Shown: piece by piece, positions 55,320-64,000 of the stretch
Layout of the letters: every line of letters begins with the position of its first letter
How positions within the stretch are numbered: the stretch's first letter is position 1
Source of the DNA: Bryobacterales bacterium
GTDB taxonomy: Bacteria > Acidobacteriota > Terriglobia > Bryobacterales > UBA6623
Direction: 5' to 3'
DNA: 64,000 nt
NCBI GenBank assembly: GCA_965219605.1
Contig: CBDCOC010000004.1
Span: 121,619 to 185,618 of the forward strand
Made by a program: the position numbers and the translations under genes
The notes under the pieces: generated by a model
The model's database searches: none
Told to the model about the DNA's origin: nothing
What the model saw: only the letters and a program-made list of their open reading frames with translations

Positions 55320-55970
55320 TCAGTCCTCGATCCGGTCGCTGCGGAAGTACGTGATCGACAGTCCGAGCGGGTTGACGGCCAGCAGTTCGCGCGGTGGCCG
55401 CTCCAGGAAGCGGAACTCGAACTCCGACGTCCAGCGCCGCGCCCGGCCGGCGCGCCCGCCGAACTCGCGCGCCGTTTCGGTGAAATCCACCCGCGCCCGG
55501 TAGGGCTCCTCGCGCGCCGGCTGCACCTGCACCGCGTCGATCGCGATCTCGATCTCCGCGCCCTCGCCGCCGAGGAAGCGCACGAGCTCGCCGCTGTCCT
55601 CCTGCTCCTGCATCAGGCGCCGGCCCAGCGCCCCGTCGAGGAACAGCAGCGAGCGCTGCCAGGCGTCCAAGCCGGCCGCGCGGCGCCGCTCGCGATGCAG
55701 CACGACGAACTGGCGCAGGAAGTATTTCACCTCCGGCTTGGCCACGTCGGGCACGTAGGCCGCCGCCTCGTAGCGCAGCGCCTCGGCCCGCCCGACCTCG
55801 TCGATGCGCACGACCAGCGGCGCGAGGTGCTCGAAGCGGTCGAAGGTGCGCCAGCAGAGCAGCAGCAGGCCCACGCACAGCAGCGCCGCGCCGCCCAGCG
55901 CGACTTTCAGGTAGCGGTTGGTGGACAGCACCTCCGCCCAGATTTCCGCGTATGCCTCGTGCGTTTTCAC
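55320..55970 (-). CDS. virB8: VirB8-family T4SS protein
   Basis: Single transmembrane helix followed by an NTF2-like domain ending ...AVNPLGLSITYFRSDRIED. GTG at 55970 is preceded by GAGGAAG. Confidence 0.7.
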   Translation of the reverse strand: MKTHEAYAEIWAEVLSTNRYLKVALGGAALLCVGLLLLCWRTFDRFEHLAPLVVRIDEVGRAEALRYEAAAYVPDVAKPEVKYFLRQFVVLHRERRRAAGLDAWQRSLLFLDGALGRRLMQEQEDSGELVRFLGGEGAEIEIAIDAVQVQPAREEPYRARVDFTETAREFGGRAGRARRWTSEFEFRFLERPPRELLAVNPLGLSITYFRSDRIED

Positions 55971-55980
55971 GACTTCCTCC

Positions 55981-56868
55981 TCACAGGCCGGCCCTGCGGG
56001 CGGCGGCCGAGACAACGGCCGCGGCGCCGCTGGTGAAGCTGCCGCTGCCGTGGAAGATGGCATGGGTCAGGGCATGCACCTTGAACATCGCCAGCACGGC
56101 CGCCAGCAGCACCGCCGCGGAATAAAAGAACCAGGCGACCTTGGCGCTCAGGCCGGCAGGCACGGCCTGCCACATGCCGTCCAGCATGAACGTGCAGAGC
56201 GCCAGGAACGTCCAGCCGACCGCGCTGTAGAACGAGAACTGCAGGTAGGAGCGCAGCCAGCCCCAGAACAGGAAATCCATCTTGGGCACGAACAGCCAGG
56301 GGATGAACAGCGGCCCCAGCACGACACAGGCCCCGGCCGCCACGCGCCCGGCGGCGATGGACGCGATCAGCAGCGCAGTACAGGCGGCGTTGAAGAGCAG
56401 GATGACGAAGGTCCACACCAGCGAACCCGCTCCCAGGAAGAAGTCGAAGAAGCTGCGCGAGGTCATCTCGGTCCAGCCCGCGTGGAAGGAGCGGGCGAAG
56501 TTCCAGCTGATGAAGCCGTCGATGCGCTGTGCGTAGAAGTCCGCGGCGCGCATGGGTAGCGTCGCGACCGGCATGCCGAGGCCGGGCGCGTCGGCGATGT
56601 AGAAGCGCAGCATGGCGAGGCTGAACGACATCGCCAGCAGCAGCGGCAGCAGGCGGCCCCAGGGCACGCCCTGGCCGGACAGGGCGGTCTGCACGCCGAA
56701 CCAGGCGATCGACAGGGCGGCCAGCGCGCGGAACAGCAGCAGGCCCTCGCCGACGAACAGCGGGGCGAGATCCACGATCGCCGCGTCGATCGCGGCAAAC
56801 GCCCACAGCAGCGGGAATTCGCCGGGATCAGTGGGCGGGACCGGTGTCGAAGCGGGCAATACCTGCAT
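55981..56868 (-). CDS. virB6: VirB6/TrbL-family polytopic T4SS membrane protein
   Basis: 295 aa with at least 6 hydrophobic helices and Trp-rich loops. Its position in the operon fits. Confidence 0.7.
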   Translation of the reverse strand: MQVLPASTPVPPTDPGEFPLLWAFAAIDAAIVDLAPLFVGEGLLLFRALAALSIAWFGVQTALSGQGVPWGRLLPLLLAMSFSLAMLRFYIADAPGLGMPVATLPMRAADFYAQRIDGFISWNFARSFHAGWTEMTSRSFFDFFLGAGSLVWTFVILLFNAACTALLIASIAAGRVAAGACVVLGPLFIPWLFVPKMDFLFWGWLRSYLQFSFYSAVGWTFLALCTFMLDGMWQAVPAGLSAKVAWFFYSAAVLLAAVLAMFKVHALTHAIFHGSGSFTSGAAAVVSAAARRAGL

Positions 56869-56883
56869 GGTGCGCTCCTGCGG

Positions 56884-57744
56884 TCAAGGCATGCGCCACA
56901 GGGGCGCGGCTTGCGCGGCGGCCAGCTCGCTGTACTCCGCCGCGGCTTGCATGGAGCGGGCTAGGCGGTCCCGCTGGCGCTTGGCGGCCGCCAGCTCGGC
57001 CTCCAGCAGCGCGTCGAGCAGTTGGTTGGCCTGCTCGGCGCTGCGCAGCTGGCGGACTTGGCCGACCGTGAGCTTGCCGAGCAGCGCCGGCATGGAATGC
57101 GATGCGTTGCTCGGATCGAGCGCGGCGCGCTCGAGGCTGGCATGGGCCGCGCTGCGCTCGGCGGCCAGGCGCCGCGCCTCGCCGAGCACGGCCAGCGCGC
57201 GCACGCTCGCCGCGTCCGCGATTTCCAGCGAGGCGTGCTCGCGGCGCACGCCCGCCTGCAGGCCGGCGTCCAGTGCCGGCAGTGCGCCGCTCCAGTCCGG
57301 AACGGGCGCCGAGGCGCGGCCGTAGGCGTTGACCACCGTGCCGGACGGGGCGTCGCCGTTGATGGCGTCGGCCCAGCCGGCGGAAGTGCCGAAGCGGTCT
57401 GCCGTGGCGCTGCGCAGCCAGCGCGTGGCAGTGGCCCGGAAGTCGGTCAGGCTGTGCGCGTCGCGCAGGGTCCCGACCGCCCCCGAGAAGTGCTCCAGCG
57501 TGCCGCTGGCCATGCTGCGGATGTGCTGCAATTCGCCCAGCCGCCGGTTGGCGGCGTCGACCACCGGCTTGGCCGCCTTGATCGAGACCGGCATCAGGCC
57601 GGCCAGCCCGCCGCCGAGTTGCGGGATGCCGATGGCGCTGCCGACGGCCTTGCCGATGCCGGCGAAGAAGGCGCCCCAGAAGGGCCTGGCCGGCGCGGCC
57701 AGCGCCAGCAGCAAGAGGCACAGGGCAGGGAATTTGCGAGTCAT
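56884..57744 (-). CDS. VirB5/TrbJ-like secreted coiled-coil T4SS protein
   Basis: Signal peptide MTRKFPALCLLLLALAAPARP. The Ala/Leu-rich C-terminus is coiled-coil-like. The ATG overlaps the virB10 stop as ATGA. Confidence 0.5.
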   Translation of the reverse strand: MTRKFPALCLLLLALAAPARPFWGAFFAGIGKAVGSAIGIPQLGGGLAGLMPVSIKAAKPVVDAANRRLGELQHIRSMASGTLEHFSGAVGTLRDAHSLTDFRATATRWLRSATADRFGTSAGWADAINGDAPSGTVVNAYGRASAPVPDWSGALPALDAGLQAGVRREHASLEIADAASVRALAVLGEARRLAAERSAAHASLERAALDPSNASHSMPALLGKLTVGQVRQLRSAEQANQLLDALLEAELAAAKRQRDRLARSMQAAAEYSELAAAQAAPLWRMP

Positions 57745-58934
57745 TGCGGTTCTCCTTGGGAGGCTGCCCCGGCCGGGCGGCCGGGACGGTCGTGATAGGG
57801 CTGGAGGGGCAGGTCCGCCGTGAGGTAGATGCGGATGCGGTGGCCCTCGCGGACGGTCAGCTTGGGCAGGCGGTTGAGATAGCGGTCGAGCATGCGCTCG
57901 GCCGAGCGGGACAGGCCCGCGGCCGCCGCTTGCCGGGTTGCCCCGAGTTGCGAGGCCAGCGCTTGCGCGGGGCTGACGGCGCCGGCCAGCCCGGCCAGCG
58001 CGCCGATCGCTCCGGCTGCCAGGAAGGTCGACGGATAGCGGCGGTCGACACGATCCAGCAGGCCGGTCTCGCCGAGCTGGTTGAGCGCGGCGCTGCGGTC
58101 CAGCCGCACGGCGCGCCCGTCGGGCAGGATCAGGCGGTGGAACGTCACCGCCAGCCGGGACTGGCCCCATGCTTCGACTTGCAGCGCTTCGCCGAGGGCG
58201 CGCGTGCCGCGCGGGACCAGCAGGCGCCGGCCGTCGCGTCCGTACACGTCGGCGGACACCATGGCGTTCACCGGGCCGGAAAACTCCCCGGCCAGCCGGT
58301 TGGTCAGGACTGCCTCTAGGAACTCGCCCTCGCGCAGGATCTCGGTAGCGGCGCCGCGCGGCTCGGCATCCGGCGGTTCCGGCGGGGCGGCTGTCGCGCT
58401 CTCCGCCGCGTTCCCGCCCGGGATGTCCGCCGTGCCGTCGTCGTTCTCGGCCCGGGCGGCCGGTGCCGCGCGTTGGCTGAGCACCAGCGGCGCGGCGCTC
58501 AGCGAGCGGTAGCGCCGCAATGTCTCCTCGCGCTCGATCTGCTTGCGGGGCGTGAGGCCGCCCTCGCCGCCGCGGCTGCCCGCGTGAGCCGGGCCGGCCT
58601 GCACCAGCGGAGCGGGCGCTGCCGGCAGCCCGTCCGGTCGCTCGGCCGGCAGGCCGAGATCCCTGCGCAGCTGCTTCTCCGCCTTGCGGGCGGCCTCGGC
58701 GCGCAGGCGCTGGGCGGCGTCCGCGGCCGACTGCGCGCCGACCGGCTGGCCGCTGCCGGCCGGGCCGGGCCGGGCCGCCGCGCTCGGGTCTGGGGAGTGC
58801 GCAGGCTCGGGATCCCCGGGGAACAGTAGCAGCGCTAGCACCAGCACGCCTGTCAGCCCCAGCAGGACCCAGCTCTGGGCGCGCGCGGGCAGTGCCCCCG
58901 GCGGACGCGGGATCTTGTCTGTGATGCGCTTCAT
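57741..58934 (-). CDS. virB10: VirB10/TrbI-family T4SS protein
   Basis: MKRITDKIPRPP... followed by a transmembrane helix, a Pro/Ala-rich linker and the conserved C-terminal domain ...LPDGRAVRLD...LDRVDRRY...TVREGHRIRIYLTADL. Confidence 0.8.
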   Translation of the reverse strand: MKRITDKIPRPPGALPARAQSWVLLGLTGVLVLALLLFPGDPEPAHSPDPSAAARPGPAGSGQPVGAQSAADAAQRLRAEAARKAEKQLRRDLGLPAERPDGLPAAPAPLVQAGPAHAGSRGGEGGLTPRKQIEREETLRRYRSLSAAPLVLSQRAAPAARAENDDGTADIPGGNAAESATAAPPEPPDAEPRGAATEILREGEFLEAVLTNRLAGEFSGPVNAMVSADVYGRDGRRLLVPRGTRALGEALQVEAWGQSRLAVTFHRLILPDGRAVRLDRSAALNQLGETGLLDRVDRRYPSTFLAAGAIGALAGLAGAVSPAQALASQLGATRQAAAAGLSRSAERMLDRYLNRLPKLTVREGHRIRIYLTADLPLQPYHDRPGRPAGAASQGEPQ

Positions 58935-58948
58935 GCCGCCGCCCTCCG

Positions 58949-59755
58949 CTAGCGCTCCGAGCGCCGGAAACGCGCCTTGCGCTTGCCGATCTGCAGCCAG
59001 CCGTCCGCCATCGGGCGGCGCGTCACGTACAAGCCGTCGTAGAAGTCGTACGGCACCATCGACGGCTTGCCGTCCCGCGATTCGTACAGCGCCGGGGCCT
59101 CCTCGGGATCCGCGCGGATGTAGGTGAAGCGGTCGTCGAGCCACATCGCTGCTACCCGGAACGGCGCCTCGCGGGCCGCCCCGTCCAGTTCGTAGGCGAA
59201 GCGCAGGCGGCGCGGGTAGGCGGCGCGGAACTCCTCGACCTGCCGCTCGGCGGCCCGGACGGCCTCGGCCGCCGCGCGCCGCGATTCCTCGCGAGCGGTT
59301 TCCGCCGCGCGCTCGGCTTCTGCCGCTGCGCCGCGCGGCTCGAACCGCAGCGCTGCCAAGGGCTTGGCGCCGGCGGCGCCCGCCTGCTTCGCGCGCAGGA
59401 AGAGCTTCAGGTCCGGCTCGCCGTCCGCATCGCCCAGTTCGCGGAAGTGCAGCGTGTAGACGTTGCCCTGGTCGGTCACGAGCGTGACGTTGGTCTGGAT
59501 GCCCTTGGCGCTGGGCTTGACGAATGCCAGGTTCGCCGCGCCCTGCACGCTCCAGTACTCGGCGTCGCCGCACACCCAGTCCAGGATGCGCTCGCCGGGG
59601 TCGAGCACGACGGCCGTGGCGAAGCGCACCCGGGCCCGGGCCTCGATGACCTCGTCCGGGCCGGCCGTGACCTCGCGGGCCAGGCCGCGCCCGGCCAGCG
59701 CCCCGGCCGCGGCCAGCGCCGCGCAGGCCAGAAATTTCGCAAAACGGTGTTGCAT
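58949..59755 (-). CDS. virB9: VirB9/TrbG-family T4SS protein
   Basis: Signal peptide. ...ATAVVLDPGERILDWVCGDAEYWSV...TNVTLVTDQGNVYTLHF.... Confidence 0.75.
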   Translation of the reverse strand: MQHRFAKFLACAALAAAGALAGRGLAREVTAGPDEVIEARARVRFATAVVLDPGERILDWVCGDAEYWSVQGAANLAFVKPSAKGIQTNVTLVTDQGNVYTLHFRELGDADGEPDLKLFLRAKQAGAAGAKPLAALRFEPRGAAAEAERAAETAREESRRAAAEAVRAAERQVEEFRAAYPRRLRFAYELDGAAREAPFRVAAMWLDDRFTYIRADPEEAPALYESRDGKPSMVPYDFYDGLYVTRRPMADGWLQIGKRKARFRRSER

Positions 59756-59760
59756 GGTGT

Positions 59761-62175
59761 TCAGTCCTCCGTGAGAGAGTCAAGGCCGCGCTCGAAACCG
59801 AGGGCGCGGATCGCCTCGCGCCGCCGGGCGGCCTCGACAGGGTTGGTCGTGTACAGCCAGTAGCTGCGCCGGTCCACGCTGAGTTCGAGCACTTGCGCGA
59901 AACCGGGCCGGTGCAGCAGCAGCTGGCGCTTGGGCACCAGGCCCCGGATGGCCTGCGCCTCGCAGTCGCGCAGGCCGAAGGCCGCGCTGTAGTCCGCTGG
60001 ATCCAACTCCGGGTTGGCCAGGAAGATCTTGGTCAGGCAACTCTCGCTCACCGTCCGGCAGAGACTGCCGCTGGCGGTCGCGTCGCCGGGCGACTGGGTG
60101 GCCAGCACCACGCCCGCGTTGCACTTGCGCCACGTCTTGAGGCCCTCGCCCAAGTAGGCCCCGATGTGCGGGTCGGCCAGGAAGCGCCACGCCTCGTCCA
60201 CCACCAGCAGCTTCCAGCGCTCGAGCTCGCTTGGTTCCGCGATCGCCGTGCCCAGGCGGTGCAGCAGGTAGTACAGCAGGGCGCGAGCCAGTTCCGGCTT
60301 GCCCGCCGCCCCGGCCAGGTCGATGGCCTGCCAGTCGGCCAGCGTGAGCGAGTCCTCGGGGTTGTCGAACACCGCGCCCCAGGCCCCGCCCTGCACCCAC
60401 GCGCCCAGCGCGCCGCGCAGCGGGCCCGGCAGCAGGCCGTGCAGCGACGACAGCGTGCGCGCCTGCGGCTCGAGCTCGTACAGCGCTTGGATCTGCGCGC
60501 GTAGCTCGGCCCGCCCGGCGGCGTCGCAGCGCGCCCCCTCGATTTCCAGCAGCATGAGCACGAACGAGACCAGGAACTGCAGGTTCTCGGCGCTCGGCGC
60601 CAGCGCCCGGAACGGATTGAGCCGGCAGGGCATCTCGGCCGCATCCAGCGCCAGCTGCAAGTAGGCCCCGCCGACCAGCTCGGTCAGCTGCCGGTAGGAA
60701 CCACCCAGATCCAGGATGCAGACGCGCGGGTCGTACTTGCGGCCCTGGGCCAGCAGGAAGTTGAGCAGGAAGCTCTTGCCCGAGCCCGTCGCCCCGATCA
60801 CCAGCGTGTGGGCGATATCGCCGGCATGGGCCGCGTAATAGAACGGCGTGCGCCGGCCCGTCTCGAAGACCGCCAGGTGCTCGTCGTCGAGATGCGCGTC
60901 CCGCGGCTCGCCCTCCGCCACCGCCCACAGCGGGGCCAGGTCGGCGGCGGCCGCGGCGCTGAGGTAGTTGCGGCGCAGCTGCCGCCCGTGGTTGCCGGGA
61001 GACATGGCGAACCATGCGTTCAAGCCGTTGTAGGTCTCGCGGTGGAAGCGCGCGTCCGCGGCCGCTGCGATGCGCAGCAGTTCCGGGCGCGCGGCGGCGA
61101 TGCGCGCCTCGTCGCTGGCGCGCAGCGCCACGCTCAGGCTGTGCTCGCCGAACGGCATGCCGTCGACCTCCAGCTCGCGCAAGGCCTCCCCCAGCTGGGC
61201 CGCCTCGGCTTGCGCCGCGCGGTCTTCCAAGGCGCCCTGCGCCTGCGGCGGCGCGTCGCCCGCCGAGGCGTGCGCCAGCATGCTGTAGCGCTTCTGGTGG
61301 TAGTGCCGGCGGGCGGAACTGATGCGCCGGCGGGACTTGGCCGTCTCCTCGCGGCTCCACTCGCAGGCCACGTCGAGCTCGGCGTCCAGGTCGAGGATGC
61401 CGCCGAACAGGTGCGCCCGCGACGCTGCCGGCGGATCCAGCAGCGCGTAGATCTCGACGCGTTCCGCGTCCAGCCGCAGGTGGTCCCGGTAGCCCTCGAC
61501 ATCGCTCAGGGCGAGCTGGCGGTCCAGGCCGTGCGGGCCGGCGCAGCGGGCTTGCAAGGCGGCCGGGCGCGCGTTGGCCGACAGCGCCAGGGACCGGAAC
61601 AGATCCTCGCCCCGCAGCGGCGCCAGTCCGGTCACGTCCTCGACCAGGCCGCGAAACGAGGCGACGGCGCTGGCGAACCGCTGGCGCGCGGCGTCGACTT
61701 GCGCGGCCAGCACCTGCTTGGTGTCCTGCGGGGACAGCCACAGCGCCGCGCGCGGGAGCAGGGAGGACGCCGCCCTCCCGCCGGCACCTGTCGCTGGCGC
61801 CGGCGCCAGCTTGGGATCCCAGATCCAGAACACCTGCGCCTCGATCGCGTACAGGCCCTTGCCCAGCAGGTGCGCGCTGCGCGCCTGGCGGGCCCGCTCT
61901 GCGAGCGGATCGCCGGCCGCCCGCTGGGGCAGCGCGTCGAGCCTCCGCTTGCTGGCCTGCCAGCGGATGCGCCAGCCCGCCGCCAGGCTTTTCAGGGCCC
62001 GCGTCCAGCGCAGGCCTACGTAGTCCACATCGGCGGCCGAACGGCACTCGAAGGGCGCTCCGGCCAGGCGCGCTCCCGCCAGCAGCTCGCCGCGCTTGGT
62101 GATCACGACCCCTTCGTCCACAAATCCCAGCCACGGCAGCTCGCGGTGCAGCGGCGCCGCGCCGTTCTTCGTCAT
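59761..62175 (-). CDS. virB4: VirB4/TrbE-family T4SS ATPase
   Basis: Walker A VIGATGSGKSFLLNFLL and Walker B ...LLVVDEAWRFL.... ATG at 62175 overlaps the virB3 stop as ATGA. Confidence 0.9.
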   Translation of the reverse strand: MTKNGAAPLHRELPWLGFVDEGVVITKRGELLAGARLAGAPFECRSAADVDYVGLRWTRALKSLAAGWRIRWQASKRRLDALPQRAAGDPLAERARQARSAHLLGKGLYAIEAQVFWIWDPKLAPAPATGAGGRAASSLLPRAALWLSPQDTKQVLAAQVDAARQRFASAVASFRGLVEDVTGLAPLRGEDLFRSLALSANARPAALQARCAGPHGLDRQLALSDVEGYRDHLRLDAERVEIYALLDPPAASRAHLFGGILDLDAELDVACEWSREETAKSRRRISSARRHYHQKRYSMLAHASAGDAPPQAQGALEDRAAQAEAAQLGEALRELEVDGMPFGEHSLSVALRASDEARIAAARPELLRIAAAADARFHRETYNGLNAWFAMSPGNHGRQLRRNYLSAAAAADLAPLWAVAEGEPRDAHLDDEHLAVFETGRRTPFYYAAHAGDIAHTLVIGATGSGKSFLLNFLLAQGRKYDPRVCILDLGGSYRQLTELVGGAYLQLALDAAEMPCRLNPFRALAPSAENLQFLVSFVLMLLEIEGARCDAAGRAELRAQIQALYELEPQARTLSSLHGLLPGPLRGALGAWVQGGAWGAVFDNPEDSLTLADWQAIDLAGAAGKPELARALLYYLLHRLGTAIAEPSELERWKLLVVDEAWRFLADPHIGAYLGEGLKTWRKCNAGVVLATQSPGDATASGSLCRTVSESCLTKIFLANPELDPADYSAAFGLRDCEAQAIRGLVPKRQLLLHRPGFAQVLELSVDRRSYWLYTTNPVEAARRREAIRALGFERGLDSLTED

Positions 62176-62492
62176 CGCTTCGCCCCCGCGATGACCCGCA
62201 GCGGCGCGGGGCCGCTCTCCCGCAGGGCCGGGTCGTAGCGCTGGCTGCAACTCGCCGAGCGCAGCAGCACGCTCGGCAGGCAGGGGTCGAGCTTGGTGAC
62301 CAGCAGGCCGGCTCCGTAGCCGGCGCAGAACAAAAGCAGGCCGGCGACGGGCGCGCTGAAGGCGTTGAAGGCGGCCGCGCCCACGCAGCTCACGCCCAGG
62401 AACAGGCGCCGCTCGCAGCCGAGCACCGTCAGCGGGCGGCTCAGCGCGCGGTAGGTCCCGTGCAGGGCGGGGGAGTGATCCGCCCGGCTCAC
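62172..62492 (-). CDS. virB3: VirB3/TrbD-like small membrane protein
   Basis: ...LHGTYRALSRPLTVLGCERRLFLGVSCVGAAAFNAF.... GTG at 62492 overlaps the virB2 stop as GTGA. Confidence 0.6.
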   Translation of the reverse strand: MSRADHSPALHGTYRALSRPLTVLGCERRLFLGVSCVGAAAFNAFSAPVAGLLLFCAGYGAGLLVTKLDPCLPSVLLRSASCSQRYDPALRESGPAPLRVIAGAKR

Positions 62493-62788
62493 GGGAACAG
62501 CCAGCGCATGAAGTTGACGGCGCCGATGGCCATGCCGACGCCGAAGATGAGGCCGGCCAGGGCGCGCTTGCTGCCGCCCTCGCCGAAGGCGAACATGAGG
62601 CCGCCGATGACGATGGCGATCAAGCTCAGGCCGCGGGCGATCGGCCCGGTGAAGGCCGCCTGCAGGACAGTGACGGCCTGCAGCCAAGGGCTGACGGCCT
62701 GCGCCAGCACGGCCTGCGGCAGGGCAAGGGCCGAAAGCAGCAGGCAGACGAGCCTGCGGCCGCTCGGGGGATGGAATCGTTGGAGCAT
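62489..62788 (-). CDS. virB2: VirB2/TrbC-like pilin precursor
   Basis: MLQRFHPPSGRRLVCLLLSALALPQAVLAQA... signal, followed by two hydrophobic helices (...LSLIAIVIGGLMFAFGEGG...LIFGVGMAIGAVNFMRWLFP). GGAGGG lies 7 nt upstream of the ATG at 62788. Confidence 0.7.
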   Translation of the reverse strand: MLQRFHPPSGRRLVCLLLSALALPQAVLAQAVSPWLQAVTVLQAAFTGPIARGLSLIAIVIGGLMFAFGEGGSKRALAGLIFGVGMAIGAVNFMRWLFP

Positions 62789-62924
62789 GAGGATGCCCTC
62801 CTGGAGATGGATTGGAAGTGCGGGTTGCGCAGCGGCCGGTACGGGGGGCTGACAGGCCAGGTTGTACGGTGAGTTTTGCCTCGCACCCTGGAGGCCGGAC
62901 GTTACGCAACCCATCTCAAGCAAT

Positions 62925-62952
62925 AATAATCTATATATAGATTATTTGTCAA
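62925..62952 (-). promoter_or_regulatory. Candidate promoter/operator of the virB2-virD4 operon: TTGACA -35 box next to a 22-bp perfect AT palindrome
   Basis: Minus strand reads cTTGACAaataatctatatatagatTATTATtg. The palindrome AATAATCTATATATAGATTATT spans 62925-62946. It shares CTTGACAAAT with the site at 43556-43589. Confidence 0.5.
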
Positions 62953-63261
62953 GCGATTTTGTAGAGGATTGTGGCGATTTCTGGATTTTATTTTTTAATT
63001 GCCACCTATTTTATTTTTTTCAATGAGTTACGAATCTTGAGCCAGAAGCTGGAGATCCTGCAATTGCAGCGAATGATCTGAAAATAGAGAGAATTTTGCT
63101 TTTCATGAATCGATCTGTGGCTCTGGGAATCGAATTTTCCGCGCCGGCGGGTGTCGCGAGCGTTGCGGGGCGGATCGACACCAGAACGGTGGCGAGGTGG
63201 GGATGCGCAGCCTGCTCCAAGCGCTCCAAATGCAAGCAGCGGCAGGGCCCGTCTCCCACTG

Positions 63262-64000
63262 CTAGCTTGTTTCGCGCCAGGCGTAGCCGTCCAACCGCTG
63301 GGCCAGGGCGCCCTCCAATTCGGCGACCACTTCGATCCCTGCCTCTGTGTCGCGGCGCTCGAGGACGCGGCCCCTTGCATAGACCGGCGCCAGTGCGCCG
63401 CCACAGTCGTAAGGCACAAGGAATTTGCGCCGCACGAAAGCTGCCTTGGGCAAGGCGCTGTCAACCGCGCCGATCAAACGTTCCAAGCCTTGGCCCGTGC
63501 GCGCGGACACGCCAATGACGGCTTCCGCCGTTGATGCTGCCGCTTCGCGTCGAACGAGGATCTCGGCCTGCCCGGGCCCGAGCAGGTCGCATTTGTTCAA
63601 GACCAGTATCTGGGGCAGCCCGGCCGCGCCAAGTTCCTTCAGCACCCGGTCAACCTCCTCCATGTGCATCCGGACCGACACCGCGGTTGCATCAGCGACG
63701 TGAAGGATCAGCGAAGCCTCGGTGACTTCCTCGAGTGTTGCCCGGAAGGCTTCGATCAGGGCGGATGGCAGCCTGCGTATGAATCCCACCGTGTCCGAGA
63801 CCAGGGCTGGGCAGCCCGAGGGCAAGGCAAGTTTGCGAAGCGTGGGATCCAGTGTCGCGAACATGCGCTGGTCCGCAACCACGCTTGCATTCGTCAAGGC
63901 ATTGAAAAGGGTGGACTTGCCTGCGTTCGTGTACCCGCACAGGGCGACGGTGGGAATTGGCGCGGAAATCCGCTTGGAACGCTGCAACCGTCGTGTCGCC
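63262..64000 (-). CDS. hflX: GTPase HflX, C-terminal two-thirds (5' end lies outside the window)
   Basis: ...PTVALCGYTNAGKSTLFNALT...DTVGFIRRLP...LNKCD.... The frame remains open to base 64000. Confidence 0.85.
   Translation of the reverse strand, partial: ATRRLQRSKRISAPIPTVALCGYTNAGKSTLFNALTNASVVADQRMFATLDPTLRKLALPSGCPALVSDTVGFIRRLPSALIEAFRATLEEVTEASLILHVADATAVSVRMHMEEVDRVLKELGAAGLPQILVLNKCDLLGPGQAEILVRREAAASTAEAVIGVSARTGQGLERLIGAVDSALPKAAFVRRKFLVPYDCGGALAPVYARGRVLERRDTEAGIEVVAELEGALAQRLDGYAWRETS

Noticed and set aside
54109-55878. 589-aa ORF spanning from the 300-aa gene through the small membrane gene and virB8 region
   Set aside because: Its upstream 290 codons are an out-of-frame shadow over two better-supported genes. 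The internal ATG at 55011, with an ATGA overlap to the upstream stop, gives a coherent protein.
57741-59783. 680-aa ORF covering virB10 and extending across virB9
   Set aside because: The N-terminal half is an R/G/P-rich shadow of the virB9 region. The Met at 58934 (MKRITDKIPRPP plus a transmembrane helix) fits the VirB10 architecture.
59780-62134. 784-aa ORF in a second minus-strand frame over virB4, and 476-aa plus-strand ORF 60808-62238
   Set aside because: These are shadow frames. The virB4 frame carries the Walker A/B motifs and the coupled start/stop overlaps.

Overview
High-G+C bacterial chromosome window. The TonB-dependent receptor with a CarboxypepD_reg-type N-terminus, the DUF1080 protein and the multihaem cytochrome/beta-propeller pair look Acidobacteriota-like; that assignment is inference only. 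Bases 1-15.1 kb are mostly housekeeping: VWA protein, ABC ATPase, glnA, an SPFH/prohibitin protein, a phosphodiesterase and tRNA-Leu. One TonB-dependent receptor gene there is split by an IS110-family element. A cluster of four tRNAs (15.18-15.67 kb) is followed directly by an rve-type IS. From there to about 41 kb, core genes (panE, sulfatase, FAH hydrolase, cytochrome c/propeller, prfA) alternate with visibly AT-richer cargo and IS debris. The cargo includes a six-module Ig-like repeat surface protein, an HExxH metallopeptidase and an orphan trypsin-like protease. The IS debris includes an intact IS1634-like element, an ISKra4 fragment, an IS4 fragment and an orphan IS110 left end. Bases 41-63 kb hold a conjugative type IV secretion (ICE-like) module on the minus strand, in two operons. 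One runs virB2-B3-B4-B9-B10-B5-like-B6-B8, three unknown genes, then virD4. The other runs virB11, a small ORF, then ardC. Each operon is fronted by a TTGACA -35 box embedded in an AT-rich palindrome. The most unusual content lies between the two operons: three near-identical Uma2/DUF820 endonuclease genes plus one fragment. Their C-terminal hexapeptide repeat numbers differ, and each Uma2 copy except the last is followed by a chimeric virD4'/virB11' scar from a second, decayed T4SS. The same interval carries a DUF1016-DUF1156 defence-operon remnant, a solo IS end and an Rpn-family nuclease gene with a duplicated free-standing C-terminal domain. A separate notable item is an Spx/ArsC-family gene whose first CxxC cysteine codon is an in-frame TGA followed by a hairpin, making it a selenoprotein candidate. 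No rRNA genes or CRISPR arrays, and no integrase or canonical relaxase for the T4SS module, were recognised. The window ends inside hflX.
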